A stretch of DNA of 32,179 nucleotides from Candidatus Acidifodinimicrobium mancum (lineage in GTDB: Archaea > Nanobdellota > Nanobdellia > Parvarchaeales > Parvarchaeaceae). The notes under the pieces were generated by a model, which was not told the DNA's origin, ran no database searches, and saw only the letters and a program-made list of their open reading frames with translations. The stretch is from positions 5,047-37,225 of the forward strand of contig JADFAP010000017.1 of NCBI GenBank assembly GCA_015121965.1, read 5' to 3'. Below, piece after piece: positions 23,563 to 32,179 of this stretch (position 1 is the stretch's first letter; each line of letters begins with the position of its first letter). Both the position numbers and the translations under genes were made by a program.

Positions 23563-24476
23563 AGGATTGGTCAATAAACCAGATACTGGAGAAGACTAAG
23601 CTCACAAAGGAGCAGATAGAGGAAAAAATCAAGAAAAAGATAGAAGAGTTCCCAGCGCTGACAAGGGAAGCTGCCATAAGATCGGTAGCCACGGACAACG
23701 GCGTCATACTGATAAGGAGAGACTACAAAGTCTCGGATATAACCGAAGAGCTGAATCATCTGAACCTTAGGTGCAAGATAGTGAGGAAATTTGAAGCAAA
23801 GGAGGTTAACTTAAGGGGCGGAAAGAGTAAGGTAATGAATTTGATGGTTGGAGATGAAACAGGTCAGATAAGGGTTGTCATCTGGGACACGAATAGGATA
23901 GCAGAGATAGAGAAGGATTTCAGAGAGGGGGATGAGATACTAATAATAAACGCATACTCAAAGTTCAGCAGTTTCAGTAATAACTTCGAGATAAACATAG
24001 GGGCAAATACATTGTTGAAGTTAATAGCGCATAAGGAAACACATGCAGAAGCAGATAACTATGCAAGAATAAGCCAAATTACAGAGGAGAACAAGTCTTA
24101 TAAGGTGAGGGGATTCATCACAAGGATTTTCACTAACAACACATTCATAATAAGGTGCAGCATATGCGGCAAGAGGGTGGACGAGAAGTGCGATATTCAC
24201 GGGGATAAAGCGCTGTCAAAGACATTGATGATATCTGCGGTTATAGATGATGGCTTGTCAAGCACCAAAGTAACCTTCTTCGACAGGGTCGCTGAAAAGT
24301 TCCTCAGTCTCTCAAAGGAGGGAGATCTAAGGCAGAAGCTTAATGATATCTCCTTCGGGCTGTATCAGGTTGAGGTAGAAGCGGTAGCGAAGTCATTCAA
24401 TGGTATCTTGAGTTTGACGGCGAGAGATGTAAAACCAGTTGATTATTCGGTGGACAGTTCTAAAGGAGAGACGTGA
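23553..24476 (+). CDS. Replication protein A-like ssDNA-binding protein (OB folds plus zinc motif)
   Basis: 307 aa with an N-terminal helical EQIEEKIKKKIEEFPALTREAAIRSVA segment and an OB-fold block (VMNLMVGDETGQIRVVIWD...GDEILIINAY). A second OB region is interrupted by CSICGKRVDEKCDIH (CxxC-x7-CxxH). Confidence 0.7.
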   Translation: MEVEDWSINQILEKTKLTKEQIEEKIKKKIEEFPALTREAAIRSVATDNGVILIRRDYKVSDITEELNHLNLRCKIVRKFEAKEVNLRGGKSKVMNLMVGDETGQIRVVIWDTNRIAEIEKDFREGDEILIINAYSKFSSFSNNFEINIGANTLLKLIAHKETHAEADNYARISQITEENKSYKVRGFITRIFTNNTFIIRCSICGKRVDEKCDIHGDKALSKTLMISAVIDDGLSSTKVTFFDRVAEKFLSLSKEGDLRQKLNDISFGLYQVEVEAVAKSFNGILSLTARDVKPVDYSVDSSKGET

Positions 24477-24946
24477 TGGATGCTGATGAATTGATAGCTT
24501 CGGTAAAGAGCATAGTCGCCGATGCCTTTAGCTTAAATCAAGCCTGGACCTCAGAAAAACAAGTAAAAGTCAATTACGCATGTGTTTTTACCCATAGCCT
24601 GCAGGAATTTGAGGAGCTGGTCAAATTAGCCGGAAAGCTGGGCACAGTTGTAAAAGATACATCGACCGGGCCTGTCTACTATACTATACCGATATCTACG
24701 GTTGCTGGAAATCTGCGAGTACTGAAAATCAGGCGCCCGGATGTGAAACGATCAGAGCGCGGTGATGCCGACTTCACGGTTCCTGATTATGCGTCTTTTA
24801 AGAAAGTCCACCTGGGAAAACCGGGATTTAACCTCATAAGGAGACCCAATATGGAAATGATAGAGCTGATAGATCCTTCATATGACGTTATTGCTTATTA
24901 TTCACATCCTACACTTGCGGAAGATCTTAAATTGAAAATTGACTGA
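24476..24946 (+). CDS. Hypothetical protein, about 156 aa, translationally coupled to the RPA-like gene
   Basis: Its ATG overlaps the RPA stop (TGATG); the ORF track starts one codon earlier at a GTG (24473). I recognise no domain. Confidence 0.5.
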   Translation: MDADELIASVKSIVADAFSLNQAWTSEKQVKVNYACVFTHSLQEFEELVKLAGKLGTVVKDTSTGPVYYTIPISTVAGNLRVLKIRRPDVKRSERGDADFTVPDYASFKKVHLGKPGFNLIRRPNMEMIELIDPSYDVIAYYSHPTLAEDLKLKID

Positions 24947-25090
24947 GTAATCTGCCTTTCTTCTCCGCGGAGCAATCGAGCACCAGCTTAATCTCCCTCA
25001 GAAATAACCGAAGATTAACCAAGCCATTCAACTTCATTATTCTAAGAAGCTAAATAGTCCAATATTCTTAGACATTCAAAGAACTTATGA

Positions 25091-25375
25091 TCAGAGTTTA
25101 TTCAGGGAACCGTTCTTTCCAACGTTAAGTTGTATCTGCCCGTGGAAGTCCTTTGTGTATCCATTGACTATCTCCACCTTATCCCCAACGCTGACCATAT
25201 CGATCTGCTTACCCCACAGGGAAAGCTGTATCTCTCCGGTCTCGTCCTTGAGTTTAGCGGTGGCCACTCTGTTCATTCCGAACCTAGTGGTTATCTCCTT
25301 GGGCTGAGATATCTCTGTTATCTCTCCACTTACGCTTACTTCATTCATTCCGTTTGTCACTTCATTTATTTTCAT
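25091..25375 (-). CDS. Single-OB-fold ssDNA-binding protein (short RPA/SSB type)
   Basis: 94 aa: VSVSGEITEISQPKEITTRFGMNRVATAKLKDETGEIQLSLWGKQIDMVSVGDKVEIVNGY is a typical nucleic-acid-binding OB-fold pattern. Confidence 0.65.
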   Translation of the reverse strand: MKINEVTNGMNEVSVSGEITEISQPKEITTRFGMNRVATAKLKDETGEIQLSLWGKQIDMVSVGDKVEIVNGYTKDFHGQIQLNVGKNGSLNKL

Positions 25376-25517
25376 TTTTACCTTCTTTGCCAGTTTAAAG
25401 CGTCAAAAGACACCATAAACAAGCATTCTATTATGATGCTATCACCTTATTTAAATCATGTGGTGGGCCCATGAAGGCAGACTAAGTTGGCAATTAGATG
25501 AAGTCTTCCCTCAAATG

Positions 25518-25531
25518 TTTTTAAATATATA
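25518..25531 (+). promoter_or_regulatory. TATA-like box for the sequon-rich membrane protein gene
   Basis: TTTTTAAATATATA ends about 22 nt upstream of the ATG at 25553. Confidence 0.45.
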
Positions 25532-25552
25532 GATACTATGCTTTAGTTGTCT

Positions 25553-26587
25553 ATGGTAAATCTGCAAGGCACTCCAAATATAATTCAGAACAGTGGTCTA
25601 AGCCAAAATACCAAGCATGTCAGCCAATTAGTAAATATGCCATTACCAAAGCGAAGGCGGGATAAAGGGACTGCCTTAGTCGTCATCCTTGCGATTGTGG
25701 CGGTGGCAGTTGTGATCGGCCTTCTACACTTTAATATAATCAAATTACCAGTTTCTGTCCAGAATATCTCATCCTCATCGAACATCAACGCATTCGCATC
25801 TGCCAATACGACGCAAAGCGTGATGAAGATAATAAACTCCCATATCGTCAGCAACGCAGCCTTCAACGTGGCATACAATGGCGAGACTGGATTAAAGTTA
25901 GGGGCTACGACTATAAACATACCGACTACTCTGTCATTCGTAAAGAATGGCAACTTATTTAGGATTTCTTTCAGTGTGAACTACTCCTCCATTTCAAACT
26001 TCATATCAAGTCTATTCAACTTTACTTCAATCAATTCATCCATCCAGAATAAGACGGTCCAGCTCATTCCGCCGTTAGTGTCGGGGCTGCTGATTTACAA
26101 TGGCACTGGAATAAACTTTTGCAACGTGAAAAACTCTTCCTTCTCAAATTGCTCCTATGAACAGCTTTCAATCCCAGCGCAGAATATCCTGTACTCAATG
26201 ATAAATGCCGGCAGCACAAATTCCACAGAGGCAGTGCAACCAGCTAATTATTCAAATCTTCTGTCTGATATAAATACCTCAACTTATCCAGTCTTCACTT
26301 ATAAGGGGGTATCAAGTTATGGCGGCCAGCAGTGCTCTTTAGATGATATCGGGCCGGTTGATATAGGCAATTATTCTTACGTAGGAAGCGTATGTTTTTC
26401 AGATTCTTTGGGGCTGCCGCTAACTCTACAGCTTAAAGCCTCACCAACATCCATACCAACGGGAAATTTCAGTCTGTTTTCTAACATAGGGTTCAGCCTG
26501 AGTTTTGCGGCGGCTGTTAACAGCACCACACCTTCATCTTCATACATAACTGCATTGCCGAACGGTGCCGTATTCTACAAGAAGTGA
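25553..26587 (+). CDS. Membrane-anchored extracellular Ser/Asn-rich protein, probable N-glycoprotein
   Basis: A basic stretch (KRRRDKG) is followed by one TM helix (ALVVILAIVAVAVVIGLL) and then about 280 aa holding 15 N-X-S/T sequons by my count. The ORF-track start at 25547 is a TTG, so I prefer the ATG at 25553. Confidence 0.55.
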   Translation: MVNLQGTPNIIQNSGLSQNTKHVSQLVNMPLPKRRRDKGTALVVILAIVAVAVVIGLLHFNIIKLPVSVQNISSSSNINAFASANTTQSVMKIINSHIVSNAAFNVAYNGETGLKLGATTINIPTTLSFVKNGNLFRISFSVNYSSISNFISSLFNFTSINSSIQNKTVQLIPPLVSGLLIYNGTGINFCNVKNSSFSNCSYEQLSIPAQNILYSMINAGSTNSTEAVQPANYSNLLSDINTSTYPVFTYKGVSSYGGQQCSLDDIGPVDIGNYSYVGSVCFSDSLGLPLTLQLKASPTSIPTGNFSLFSNIGFSLSFAAAVNSTTPSSSYITALPNGAVFYKK

Positions 26588-26637
26588 AAAAATGTGGGAA
26601 GATTAACAATTTAAATGTAAAATACCTATTCTTTTGA

Positions 26638-27342
26638 ATGGCTGATCAAGAGTTGGGGAAGCAGATAAATTCAGAGCTTCATGAGATATACCTAGGATAC
26701 GTAAAGGCGTTCTTAATCGTACCGAGTACCTCAAATACAAAGGACTTGATACTGGTTGACACAGGTTTGCCTGGCAAGGGCAAAGACGCCATAATAAGAT
26801 ACATTGACAGTATCGGGCATTCGATAGAAGATGTCAAGTACATAATACTCACCCACGCGCATATGGATCATTTTGGAAACGCATACGATCTCCAAAAGCT
26901 ATCTGGCGCGCATATAGGCATAAAGGAGGAGGGTATAAAGTATGTTAATGGAGAAGCTGGGCTGCTTTATCCAGTGGCGCATGATTTTAAGAACAAAATG
27001 ATGGTGAATTTCATAAAGGTAATTGGGCGTTTCTCCAAGCCAAAGTACATAAAGCCGGACATGGTCCTGAAGGAGGGCGACTTCCCTGAGGCGATGGGAG
27101 TAAATGCGAGGATATTGGAGACACCAGGACACACGGCAGACTCAATATCAATCTACTTAAAGGACTCAAAGACGATTTTAGTCGGCGACTTACTTTTCGG
27201 CAAAGACGGCTTAAGAGCGCCAGTTTTCTATGAGGATTATGCTTCGCTTCTTAATAGCGTTAAGAAAGTGAAAGACGCAAACCCAGATCTTGTATGTGTT
27301 TCACACGGAAAGAATTATCCCCTCAGTGAATTGAAAATATAA
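26638..27342 (+). CDS. MBL-fold metallo-hydrolase
   Basis: 234 aa with THAHMDHFG (HxHxDH), a later TPGHT and a C-terminal SHG. CAATTTAAATG lies about 25 nt upstream of the ATG. Confidence 0.8.
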   Translation: MADQELGKQINSELHEIYLGYVKAFLIVPSTSNTKDLILVDTGLPGKGKDAIIRYIDSIGHSIEDVKYIILTHAHMDHFGNAYDLQKLSGAHIGIKEEGIKYVNGEAGLLYPVAHDFKNKMMVNFIKVIGRFSKPKYIKPDMVLKEGDFPEAMGVNARILETPGHTADSISIYLKDSKTILVGDLLFGKDGLRAPVFYEDYASLLNSVKKVKDANPDLVCVSHGKNYPLSELKI

Positions 27343-27387
27343 ACCTGCAGCTTATAATTGTGGGGAATCCTCTGTACAATCTAAAGT

Positions 27388-28311
27388 TTATGTGCTCAAG
27401 CTTTTAAATATCTCGCTAAGGTCAACAGTGGAGCGACCTTCAGAATCGCTTATCTCTTCGTCTATTGGTGGAGGCATCTTGCTTCTTTTCATCCTGTCTT
27501 CGAAGGTGTCTGCGTTTTCCCACTGGAAAAACAAGCCCGTGTGCTTATCCTCCATCTTCTCGGACATCAAAAGGTTCAAGGCCTGAAGCTTCTTTGCATT
27601 TACTTCTTCAAGGTTACTTGGATCACTTACCTTACCGTCATATGTATTTGGAAGAGGATGGGTGTGGGTAGAAAACCAGGCTGAAGATGTGTATTCTGGG
27701 TTGTAGGTTGGGCATCCTTGCAGTATGTCTATAAGCGCAAGCCCTTTATGCTGTATGGCTTTGACTATCAGTTCGGTCTGCTCCTTAACATTATAACTTT
27801 GGGTCCTTGCAACGAATGTGTAGCCTGCTATTATTGCCAAGCTCAATGGATCAAGCGCCCCATTGATATTGGGTTCAGGCCACCCCTTGACCTTCATGTT
27901 TTCCTGCAGTGTCGGACTTATTTGTCCCTTCGTTAATCCGTACACCCCATTGTCGTGTATCAACAGCTTAATGTCGACATTCCTTCTGCCTGCACTTATG
28001 AAGTGTCCAACTCCAATACCATAGGTGTCGCCGTCCCCCGCGTTCACAAACACGGTAAGCTCCGGATTAGCTATCTTTACTCCCTCAGCAAACGGTATAG
28101 CCCTCCCGTGCAGAGTATGTATCCCATTTACGTTGACGAAGTTAGGGAGCTTGGATGAGCAGCCTATCCCTGACACATCCACAACCTTCTTAGGATCAAG
28201 ATTAGCTTGTATTATCGCATTTTTAACAGCCAGAAGAATGCCTGTGTCGCCGCACTGCGGGCACCAGTCATTCTGCTCATGCGAGTTAAGATCGCTAAGA
28301 CTAATAGTCAT
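27388..28311 (-). CDS. 2-oxoacid:ferredoxin oxidoreductase, beta subunit
   Basis: 307 aa with N-terminal WCPQCGD and the TPP-binding NAGDGDTYGIG motif. It overlaps the stop of the alpha gene by 11 nt. Confidence 0.85.
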   Translation of the reverse strand: MTISLSDLNSHEQNDWCPQCGDTGILLAVKNAIIQANLDPKKVVDVSGIGCSSKLPNFVNVNGIHTLHGRAIPFAEGVKIANPELTVFVNAGDGDTYGIGVGHFISAGRRNVDIKLLIHDNGVYGLTKGQISPTLQENMKVKGWPEPNINGALDPLSLAIIAGYTFVARTQSYNVKEQTELIVKAIQHKGLALIDILQGCPTYNPEYTSSAWFSTHTHPLPNTYDGKVSDPSNLEEVNAKKLQALNLLMSEKMEDKHTGLFFQWENADTFEDRMKRSKMPPPIDEEISDSEGRSTVDLSEIFKSLST

Positions 28312-30154
28312 TCAGTATCACCTTCTTTTCTCCTTTGAGAACTCTATTGAGTCCATCTTTTAGTTCATCTTTGTCTATTATCCTGCCATTGTACTTCAGT
28401 ATTTGGTTCTCTATAAGTATTCCAGTCTTTGATGCTATATGTTGTCTAAGTTGGCCACTTATGTTCTCTTCGATGCAGACAACTTTTTTGGCCTTTCTTA
28501 TTATATTTTCTATCTCGGGATCAAGTGGCTCTATGAGTTTTATCTGCAGAAATGCAGTTTTGTCGTTAAGTGCATCCAGTATAGCTCCCTTAGGTGATCC
28601 CCAACTGACAATTAATAGGTCCGCTTTGTCTGGATAACCATACAGGTTAAATTTGTCCTTTATACCTATGCTCTTGAGTATAAGTTCATCTTTTTTGTTT
28701 CTCTTTTCCATCATTCTGATCCTATTCATAGGCTCCTCATATGGATGCCCATATTCGTCGTGCTCGTCGCCGGCTATCCACATGACATGATCGCTTCTTC
28801 CTGGGATAAGCCTGGGAGATACGCCATCCTCCGTAAAGCTGAATCTTTTGAAGTCCCCATCATATCCTGCCTTGTCAACTAGCTTTCCGCGTTTTATCCT
28901 GTATGAGCTCTTGAAGTTGTCTATATAGCTTTTCTTCACGCTCTTGTATATCTGCGAGATTGATTTTTCACTCAGAACTATCGTCGGGACCTGGAAAGTT
29001 TCGGCGTAGTTGAATGCTTCGGCTGTTATGGATATCGCTTCCTCCAAATCCCCAGGTGCTATGACCATTCTGCTGAAATCCCCATGCCCCTGATGTATTG
29101 CGAATTCAAGGTCGGCTTGCTCTGTTCTGGTCGGTAAGCCGGTTGCAGGCGCGCCGCGCTGATGATCCACCACAACAATGGGTGTTTCAGTCATGCCTGC
29201 GTAACTTATTGTCTCCGTCATCAATGCAAATCCTGGCCCGGATGTCGATGTAGATGCCCTTACTCCTGCTATAGATGCCCCAGTAACCATTCCTATGACC
29301 GCCAATTCACTTTCAGGCTGTATGACCCTTATTCCTAGCTCAGGATGAGATTCTAAGAATACACTTTCATCGCTTGCTGGTGTAATCGGGTAGTAGACTT
29401 GCATCTTACACCCTCCTATAGCTTTGCCGATGGCACTAGCCTCATACCCCTCAAGAAGCAGCTGCTCCTCATTTTTAATCGGTGTAAGCTTAGCCAGACC
29501 TGGAATAGATAAAGTTTTCAGGTAGTTTAGAGTCTCATCTAATGTGTTTGTGTTCATCTTTATCACGGCTTCGCCTTTGTTGGAAAACTCAGATCCAAGA
29601 ACAGTCCTTAGAATCTCAGTATCCACCCCAAATAGGTACGCAGATATAGCGACTATTGATGTGTTTTTGGCTATCATAACATCGCTGGATTTAACTCCCA
29701 TCTTCTTAGCGACGTTGTTTATTATCTGGTCAAAGTCTATTTGCACAACTTTTATGTCGCTTCTCTTGATCTGGCTTACGTCAACGTTCTTGTCTACAAT
29801 CAGCATTCCGCCGCTCTTGACGTCCTTTATGTGGCCATCGTGTATTGTTTCACCGTGCTCGTTCTTCTCCCCGAAAACCGATTCCTTATCTGGAAAAACT
29901 GCAAGGTCGACCTTGCTTGACTGCGAGTTGATGGCGGCATCAGAAACTCTGACTGTGAAGAAGCTGTGCATGCCCTTTATGTTTGAGAAGTACTCTCTAT
30001 ACCCATAAACATTGTACCCATTTTTTACAAGCACCTTTGAGAACAGGCTTGCAGCGGAATCTATACCGGTGCCTTGCTTCCCACCAGTCATCCAACTAAC
30101 ATCAATCATCAGTATATCTGATTCTTCATCATTTAAATTCTTTTTAGATCCCAT
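28301..30154 (-). CDS. 2-oxoacid:ferredoxin oxidoreductase, alpha (gamma-alpha fused) subunit
   Basis: 617 aa with an N-terminal GGKQGTGIDSAA gamma-like region followed by YYPITPASDES and a transketolase-like pyrimidine-binding region. Confidence 0.85.
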   Translation of the reverse strand: MGSKKNLNDEESDILMIDVSWMTGGKQGTGIDSAASLFSKVLVKNGYNVYGYREYFSNIKGMHSFFTVRVSDAAINSQSSKVDLAVFPDKESVFGEKNEHGETIHDGHIKDVKSGGMLIVDKNVDVSQIKRSDIKVVQIDFDQIINNVAKKMGVKSSDVMIAKNTSIVAISAYLFGVDTEILRTVLGSEFSNKGEAVIKMNTNTLDETLNYLKTLSIPGLAKLTPIKNEEQLLLEGYEASAIGKAIGGCKMQVYYPITPASDESVFLESHPELGIRVIQPESELAVIGMVTGASIAGVRASTSTSGPGFALMTETISYAGMTETPIVVVDHQRGAPATGLPTRTEQADLEFAIHQGHGDFSRMVIAPGDLEEAISITAEAFNYAETFQVPTIVLSEKSISQIYKSVKKSYIDNFKSSYRIKRGKLVDKAGYDGDFKRFSFTEDGVSPRLIPGRSDHVMWIAGDEHDEYGHPYEEPMNRIRMMEKRNKKDELILKSIGIKDKFNLYGYPDKADLLIVSWGSPKGAILDALNDKTAFLQIKLIEPLDPEIENIIRKAKKVVCIEENISGQLRQHIASKTGILIENQILKYNGRIIDKDELKDGLNRVLKGEKKVILNDY

Positions 30155-30207
30155 TGAAAATAAAAGTTTTTATTGGTTGTTTTCGTCCTAATATTTGAGG
30201 TGATATT

Positions 30208-30396
30208 ATGAAGTACGAATTTGCATGCAAGGATATAGGGATGACGTGTGGTTTTAAGACCAGCGCGAAAACAAAGGAAGAGTTGATGCCGAAGATAGCT
30301 GAACATGCTAAGACTGTTCATGGCATAGACCCGATACCTCCAGATTTGATGAAGAAGGTCGAGGCTGCCATAAAGGAGAAGAAAGGCTTCTTTTAG
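30208..30396 (+). CDS. DUF1059-family small protein
   Basis: 62 aa: MKYEFACKDIGMTCGF...EELM..I.EHAKTVHG matches my memory of the DUF1059 pattern. GAGGTGA sits 5-11 nt upstream of the ATG. Confidence 0.7.
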   Translation: MKYEFACKDIGMTCGFKTSAKTKEELMPKIAEHAKTVHGIDPIPPDLMKKVEAAIKEKKGFF

Positions 30397-30726
30397 GATT
30401 GCATCTCAGGGTGATTCTGTAGAAAGAGATATCGCTCTACTTATGCGATTAATTGCAGCTGAGCGGTTCTCCAAATAGCCAGGAAACCTTTGCTGGATAA
30501 CTATCTCTTTAACACCAACCCATAGTGATGCGGTTCGCTGTCAAATTTTCGGTCAAGCTTAAAACCTGAAAAGGCTATAAGATAATCATCCTCGCTCATT
30601 CTTATTGAGAGGGGCGGGCCGAACACCCTTCGCTCTTTTTTCCAATCGATTATAATACTTCAATTCTCTCTTTTATTGGTTTTTTGATATTCTATAATTC
30701 TATTTGTGTTTATGTACATTGCACGT

Positions 30727-31152
30727 CTACTGTAGTTTTTGGACCATCTTCAAGACCATCTGCTTTATAATATCCCTGTTCTCCCTTTGCTGGTTGATAA
30801 AGTCCTTGGTCCTTGCGTCAGAATCACGTATAGGATAATATTCTGTTTTTGGAGAATCAGCTACATATTTAGGCAGTATATGAATTTGTTTGCTATCCAA
30901 TAATACTATTACTTTATCGGCGTTTTCAACATCTTTCTTTGTGACTCCTTTTCCAAGCCTGAGAGGTATTTTTATGCCCAATTCTTTCATTACCGCTGCA
31001 GTAGTTTCTATGCCTTTACGGCTTGCTGGCAGCTTCGGATTTTGTCCTACCCCACGACTGAAAGCCTCGTTCTTTTTGGAAAATTTGTTAAAGAAAGCGG
31101 CAGCCATACGACTTCTTCCGGCATTATACTTGCATATGAATAAAACCTTCAT
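30727..31152 (-). CDS. Low-molecular-weight phosphatase family protein (ArsC-type arsenate reductase / LMW-PTP)
   Basis: MKVLFICKYNAGRSRMAAAF carries the CX5R(S) P-loop at the N-terminus. I prefer the ATG at 31152 over the ORF-track start at 31221, which adds 23 non-conserved residues. Confidence 0.7.
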   Translation of the reverse strand: MKVLFICKYNAGRSRMAAAFFNKFSKKNEAFSRGVGQNPKLPASRKGIETTAAVMKELGIKIPLRLGKGVTKKDVENADKVIVLLDSKQIHILPKYVADSPKTEYYPIRDSDARTKDFINQQRENRDIIKQMVLKMVQKLQ

Positions 31153-31245
31153 ACAACCACAATTAGTATAAACGAGGATATTATTAAAAATGTTATCCTG
31201 ATGATCTGTCGCCCTATGCAAATGTTAAAAGTATAACCCTGGCAT

Positions 31246-31638
31246 TTATATGTTATCTTCGATGAACTTTTTCAGTGCTGTTAGATCCCTTTTTGAATTG
31301 TCGTAGTAATAAGTCTTGATCCCGACTGAATGCGCACTTTTGACAGCGTCAGGGTCGTGCTCAAAATATATGACGTCCTTTTTATCCAAACCAAGTTGCT
31401 TAAGCATGATTCTATAGTAGTCTGGATTCTGCTTTTCCGGATTGTGCTTTAATGTAAATATCTTATATGGCATCTTATCTAGGCCAAACCTCTTGAACTG
31501 TTCATCGTTAGCGCCAGTAAGAATTATTTTTGTATTTGGAAACCTCTCAAGTAAACGGTACATGTCCTCAAATATTTTAAATGCGCCGCTCTGCTCTATT
31601 ACAAATGCGTCCACTGCATCGACTAATATAGTTTTCAT
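31246..31638 (-). CDS. Small HAD-superfamily-like hydrolase
   Basis: About 130 aa: MKTILVDAVDAFV..., KIILTGAN and VIYFEHDPDAVKSAHSVGI resemble HAD motifs I, II and IV, but motif I is not a clean DxDxT. Weak call. Confidence 0.45.
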   Translation of the reverse strand: MKTILVDAVDAFVIEQSGAFKIFEDMYRLLERFPNTKIILTGANDEQFKRFGLDKMPYKIFTLKHNPEKQNPDYYRIMLKQLGLDKKDVIYFEHDPDAVKSAHSVGIKTYYYDNSKRDLTALKKFIEDNI

Positions 31639-31727
31639 ACCACCACCCAAAATATTATGTTTTAGTACATAAATCTATTTAAGTGTTTTTGTAAGAGAAT
31701 TGCACAAGCTTCTCTTGTAAACCACAA

Positions 31728-31800
31728 TGCTCCCACCGGGATTTGAACCCGGGTCTGTGACTCGAGAGGCCACTGTCCTTGGCCGCTAGACTATAGGAGC
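31728..31800 (-). tRNA. tRNA-Glu (anticodon CUC)
   Basis: Reverse complement GCTCCTATAGTCTAGCGGCCAAGGACAGTGGCCTCTCGAGTCACAGACCCGGGTTCAAATCCCGGTGGGAGCA folds as a cloverleaf with anticodon loop CTCTCGA. TTAATATTATT lies about 25-35 nt upstream on the coding strand. Confidence 0.85.
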
Positions 31801-31914
31801 AGCCATAGAATACTATTGAAAGAATAATATTAATAATTGACAGAATTTATGTCTTAGACTTTGCCAGTTTACAGAGATATCAAACATTTAATATTAAATC
31901 TGCTTTGAATCAGT

Positions 31915-32179
31915 ATGGATAAGAATTTCCTAGCTGCGGTCAGCACGGTCGTCGGCACACTTGTAGGTGGGGGTATCCTAGCTCTTCCATACGCAATGTC
32001 AAAGTCCGGCTTCTTCTATGGATTACTAATGCTTGCGGTAGTCGGAATAGCTTCTATTCTTATAACATTATATACGGCAGAGCTGTCGCTGAGGTCGAAG
32101 AGGATGCATCAGCTTCCCATACTGATAGGCGATTCACTGGGGAAGAAGTTTAAAGGATTGGTCTTAGTCTTGCAGTTCA
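31915..32179 (+). CDS. Amino-acid permease/transporter, N-terminal part (runs off the right edge)
   Basis: Open to the window end: MDKNFLAAVSTVVGTLVGGGILALPYAMSKSGFFYGLLMLAVVGIASILITLY... The G.GILALP motif and two hydrophobic helices are typical of amino acid/auxin or aromatic amino acid permease families. Confidence 0.55.
   Translation, partial: MDKNFLAAVSTVVGTLVGGGILALPYAMSKSGFFYGLLMLAVVGIASILITLYTAELSLRSKRMHQLPILIGDSLGKKFKGLVLVLQF

Noticed and set aside
24963-24972. 10-bp perfect palindrome CTCCGCGGAG between the convergent orf156 and short-OB genes.
   Set aside because: It is too short and has no loop, so it cannot be a meaningful hairpin. It contains a SacII-type CCGCGG core and could be chance.
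1-32179. Search for CRISPR arrays, rRNA, IS elements, integrases or long direct/inverted repeats.
   Set aside because: Reading the intergenic regions by eye, I saw no regularly spaced repeats, no rRNA-like stretches and no transposase- or integrase-like ORFs. A repeat finder could still detect degenerate repeats that I missed.

Overview
This looks like an archaeal chromosomal segment: about 40 protein genes and 4 tRNA genes, packed tightly with many 1-26 nt gene overlaps. I found no rRNA, CRISPR array, transposase or integrase. The archaeal call rests on several points. There is an rpo7-spt4-S24e-S27ae cluster, ribosomal protein S17e, an RtcB-archease pair, RPA-type OB-fold genes and an AglH-like GT4 transferase. 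tRNA-Gln has an A1:U72 pair, and AT-rich TATA-like boxes sit about 25 nt upstream of several ATGs. Codon usage (AGA/AGG Arg, ATA Ile), a two-subunit 2-oxoacid:ferredoxin oxidoreductase and the pairing of a long zinc-containing RPA with a short single-OB SSB suggest a Thermoplasmata-like euryarchaeon, but I cannot verify that from sequence alone. Most of the window is housekeeping: transcription, translation, tRNA maturation, SMC, KsgA, DNA repair and central metabolism. Two stretches look accessory. (1) 19322-21564 lies directly downstream of tRNA-Gln. It is AT-rich and carries three ORFs with no recognisable domain, two of them divergent tandem paralogues. A frameshifted and truncated S51-peptidase-like gene marks its left edge, and a 17-bp perfect palindrome overlaps a TATA-like box upstream of the paralogue pair. 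This is my best candidate for an undescribed system, although I cannot infer its function. (2) 14300-17600 lies downstream of tRNA-Thr. It holds a LabA-like NYN gene with lower G+C, a small Toprim protein and an NFACT (Rqc2/RqcH-like) gene, and tRNA-Thr is bracketed by two hairpins with the same TTTCAG/CTGAAA arms. Several ORF-track starts are TTG/GTG extensions, and I moved those to internal ATGs. All family calls come from motifs read by eye and need database confirmation.
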